Made by a program: the position numbers and the translations under genes. The notes beneath the pieces were generated by a model. It did not search any database, was not told the DNA's origin, and saw only the letters and a list, made by a program, of their open reading frames with translations. Shown one piece after another: positions 61,459 through 64,000 of a stretch of 64,000 bases of DNA. This DNA comes from Acutalibacteraceae bacterium (lineage in GTDB: Bacteria > Bacillota > Clostridia > Oscillospirales > Acutalibacteraceae): the NCBI GenBank assembly GCA_045533835.1, contig JAZSIM010000014.1, forward strand, positions 20,874 to 84,873, written 5' to 3'. Every line of letters starts with the position of its first letter. Position 1 is the first letter of the stretch.

Positions 61459-64000
61459 ATTTCCCTCTCCTTGACTGTTATTTTTACCTCACCAGTAAGA
61501 CCCCATCCGGAGTCCTCAGGGAAGTTTGAATACTTTGACGGTACCGTGCTGTAGTGGTTGCAAAGGGTAGAGGATACCGTGATTTTTATATGGTTTTCAC
61601 CGTTACGGATAAAGTCCGTAATGTCGGCTGTAAAGGGTCTGTAGGTGAAAACAACGGCAGTCTTTCCGTTGATTTCAACGTTTACGGTGGCAGAAGCATC
61701 GGAAATATCAAGGTAAAATCTTCTGTCGGTGTAGATTTTACTTAAGGTAACGTCCTTTTCGTAAACTGCCTTGCCCGAGAAATTTTTGAGTGCGCCCGTC
61801 CTGCAAAGGTCGCCCGTTGTCATTTTTCCCTTTTCGGAATAAAGCTTTACGGGCTCAGGAATAAGGGATGTATATTCTTTTCCGTCGGTGCTTTTTACGA
61901 AGAAGATAACACGGGAAACGTCGGGATTGATGCTTTTTATCTCTGCGGTGTATTTTGCCGAGCCGAAATTGCATGTGCCGTTGGGAGTAAGATCAAGCCT
62001 TTCACCGTTGCTGTACGCCTCAACAAGCTCTCCGAAAACGCTGAATTCCAGACCTCTGAGAGCGGGTACACTGTCAAATTCAAAGCGGAAAAGTCCGTTT
62101 TCTGCTTCATTGCCCGAAAATCCGTAATAGGAGCTGTTTCCGAAAGACGAAACGGAAAGGGGATAGCCCGTTTTTACGGTATTTTCCTTTGTGACGTAAA
62201 GCGACGTTCTTTTAAGATAAGATGAATTCCTGTAATCGGGCTTTTCATTTTCATCATAAATAAATGCTGCGAAAAGAAGGTTTTTGCCCTTATGAAGCCT
62301 TATCTTACCCTCTGTGACCTCTTCGGAATTAAGAATTATAAATTCGGGTCTGATTGCTCCCGTTGAGAGCATTGCTTCCGTGTCCTCGGGAGAATAAACG
62401 TAGGTAAAGAAGATACAGTCCTCGCTGAAAATAAGGTTATCATCATAAACTCTTCCCTTAAGACCATGGTGTCCCTGCTCGTAAAGCGAGGGGGAGTATT
62501 CGCAGGAATGGAAGCCGTAGCGGTCATGAAGAGCAGGTCTTTCAATTTTATATTCTTCACCCTCAAAAACGAGGGAATCAGCTGTCAAAAGCCTGCGGTT
62601 ATCGGTAAGGTATTTTATAAGTGCTCTTTTGTTTCTTCTGACCGTGATTCTGCCGATTGCTCCGGCTGTGCAGAAGGGCATATCCGTAAAATCGGGCTTT
62701 TCGGGAGAATCGGCTGTATTCTTTACCGCAGTCACATCAAAGAATCTGCCCTCTGCTCCGATAATGCCGCCTGCAGGAATATAATAATCCCCGAAGGTGT
62801 TGTCGAGTGTGGGAATAATATGAAAATCCCAATCGCCGTCAAGGTATATTTCCTCTGCCGTGCTTTCCTTCAGGGGGAAGGCGACGTTAATTTCTCTGTC
62901 GCAGGGAATATCCTCTGCAGTAAAGAGAATAAGCGTGTCATCCTCTGCCTCAAGAGGCATTTTTATGTAGGTAAAGCCGTCTTTTTCTACTGTGCCTGAA
63001 AGAAGAATCACCTCACCCTTATCAGGGTCAAAAAGATATGTTTTTCCCGTTGCCTCAAAACGGCATACGCTGTCTTTTTTTACATATCGCACGAAAAACA
63101 GACTGCTGTCCCCGTGTACTCTTCTGTGAACAAAAGCCTTTGTAACTCCCGAGGCTATATCCGTAATGAAGCTTCTTTTTATGTTCTTGTTTATAACTGT
63201 AAGTGCACCCTGCTCGTTTGAGGTAAGGTGGCAGCTCTTAAAGGACAGCATTCTTTCAATCTGCCCTCTGAGTGCGTCGGAGCCTGCACCGTATTTGTCG
63301 GAAATATATGGGGTGATTCCCGAGAAAATAACTGTGCCGCCGTTTTTCAGAAATTCCTCTGCCTTGTCCAGAGATGACTGTCTTATCGCATCAACACCTG
63401 CAAAAATCAGCACCCTGTACTGCTCGTCCGAAACCTTGAGAAGTCCGTTTTCGCAGACTGAATTTTCAATTGACTGGAAATCTATAAAGTCAAAGTCAAT
63501 TCCGTTATTGAAGATATGCTCAGCCATACCGAACGTTGCTTCAATGCAGGTTTTGTGGTTTTCTCCGTAGTCGCAGGAGGAAACGGGATAGAATATTGCC
63601 GCATCGCACCGGTGCACACCCGTTGTGAGAAGTGCGGACATCCTCTTGTATTTATCAAGCCACGTCTTTTCATCATCCCAATAGGGCATACGGAAGTGGA
63701 AATCCGGGGGTGCCCATTCAAAGAAGCCGCCGTTCGTGCCGTAATAAAGTCCGTGAAGATTAAGAAGGTTTGCACCGTAAATAAAGTTATCGCTTGTGGG
63801 TGCCGTGATGCTTTCAAGTGTTGTGCCCCAGCCTGAGCTGTGATAGCCCTCAAGCCATACCCTCGGTCTTTTATAAAGATGGGCAATGGAGCTGTTTACC
63901 TTTACCTTAATAAGGTCTGCGGCTCTTCCGGGGGTATCGTTGCCGGGGGCTGTGAACCAACGGACAGTTCTGAAGTAATCCGAAAATTCATCGGGCTCCT
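61455..64000 (-). CDS. Large putative glycoside hydrolase with a C-terminal galactose-binding-like jelly-roll; the 5' end is outside the window
   Basis: The frame stays open upstream of the track's Met at 63689 all the way to position 64000 (...VWLEGYHSSGWGTTLESI...LLNLHGLYYGTNGGFFEWAPPDFHFRMPYWDDE...). The C-terminus reads FSGKAVYEKDVTL...YLDISDASATVNVEINGK. There is an ATGA overlap with the GH3 start. Confidence 0.6.
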   Translation of the reverse strand, partial: EPDEFSDYFRTVRWFTAPGNDTPGRAADLIKVKVNSSIAHLYKRPRVWLEGYHSSGWGTTLESITAPTSDNFIYGANLLNLHGLYYGTNGGFFEWAPPDFHFRMPYWDDEKTWLDKYKRMSALLTTGVHRCDAAIFYPVSSCDYGENHKTCIEATFGMAEHIFNNGIDFDFIDFQSIENSVCENGLLKVSDEQYRVLIFAGVDAIRQSSLDKAEEFLKNGGTVIFSGITPYISDKYGAGSDALRGQIERMLSFKSCHLTSNEQGALTVINKNIKRSFITDIASGVTKAFVHRRVHGDSSLFFVRYVKKDSVCRFEATGKTYLFDPDKGEVILLSGTVEKDGFTYIKMPLEAEDDTLILFTAEDIPCDREINVAFPLKESTAEEIYLDGDWDFHIIPTLDNTFGDYYIPAGGIIGAEGRFFDVTAVKNTADSPEKPDFTDMPFCTAGAIGRITVRRNKRALIKYLTDNRRLLTADSLVFEGEEYKIERPALHDRYGFHSCEYSPSLYEQGHHGLKGRVYDDNLIFSEDCIFFTYVYSPEDTEAMLSTGAIRPEFIILNSEEVTEGKIRLHKGKNLLFAAFIYDENEKPDYRNSSYLKRTSLYVTKENTVKTGYPLSVSSFGNSSYYGFSGNEAENGLFRFEFDSVPALRGLEFSVFGELVEAYSNGERLDLTPNGTCNFGSAKYTAEIKSINPDVSRVIFFVKSTDGKEYTSLIPEPVKLYSEKGKMTTGDLCRTGALKNFSGKAVYEKDVTLSKIYTDRRFYLDISDASATVNVEINGKTAVVFTYRPFTADITDFIRNGENHIKITVSSTLCNHYSTVPSKYSNFPEDSGWGLTGEVKITVKEREI

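Overview
This is a chromosomal window from a spore-forming Clostridia. The taxonomic guess (Oscillospiraceae/Ruminococcus-like) is inference from a dockerin-bearing surface protein plus spoIIIA, spoIIP and gpr. I count about 55 protein genes and 2 tRNA-Ser genes. I saw no rRNA, CRISPR array, transposase, integrase or phage genes. Left to right: lipid-related genes and a radical SAM gene (0-4.5 kb). The conserved rpsT/gpr/spoIIP block plus tcdA (4.8-9.5 kb). A GH38 alpha-mannosidase operon (9.5-13.9 kb). An M29 aminopeptidase, a DAG-kinase-like lipid kinase and a DUF4838-like protein (14-18.5 kb). A YhhN / DHS-like / PfkB operon, then an EEP nuclease-phosphatase coupled to an orphan glycyl-radical activase (19.6-24.2 kb). 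A tightly packed seven-cistron aromatic amino acid operon on the minus strand (25.1-32.3 kb). A PstS-like protein, a ClC channel and 2 tRNA-Ser (32.6-36 kb). A secreted alpha/beta hydrolase and an OYE/FadH-type oxidoreductase with a pseudogene relic beside it (36-40.4 kb). An A/T-richer accessory stretch holding a WYL regulator, two tandem repeat-protein cassettes, a divergent LuxR pair, zinc-ribbon proteins and a dockerin surface protein (40.6-49.5 kb). spoIIIAA-AH (49.7-54.3 kb). DUF1292, a HI0933-like flavoprotein, cmk and an ispH-S1 fusion (54.3-58.7 kb). A GH3 and a large uncharacterised glycosidase (59-64 kb). Three observations stand out. (1) A 19-codon leader ORF, MTKLFAAAYYYYFFSEEKR, sits with a classical four-segment attenuator between a sigmaA-type promoter and the aro operon. 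(2) A structured repeat family made of GTGATAT boxes alternating with covarying mini-hairpins starts exactly at stop codons at two loci. (3) The WYL-regulated tandem cassette encodes 26-aa YD-like repeat proteins, each preceded by an identical terminator and leader. All functional calls come from motif recognition by eye; no database search was run.
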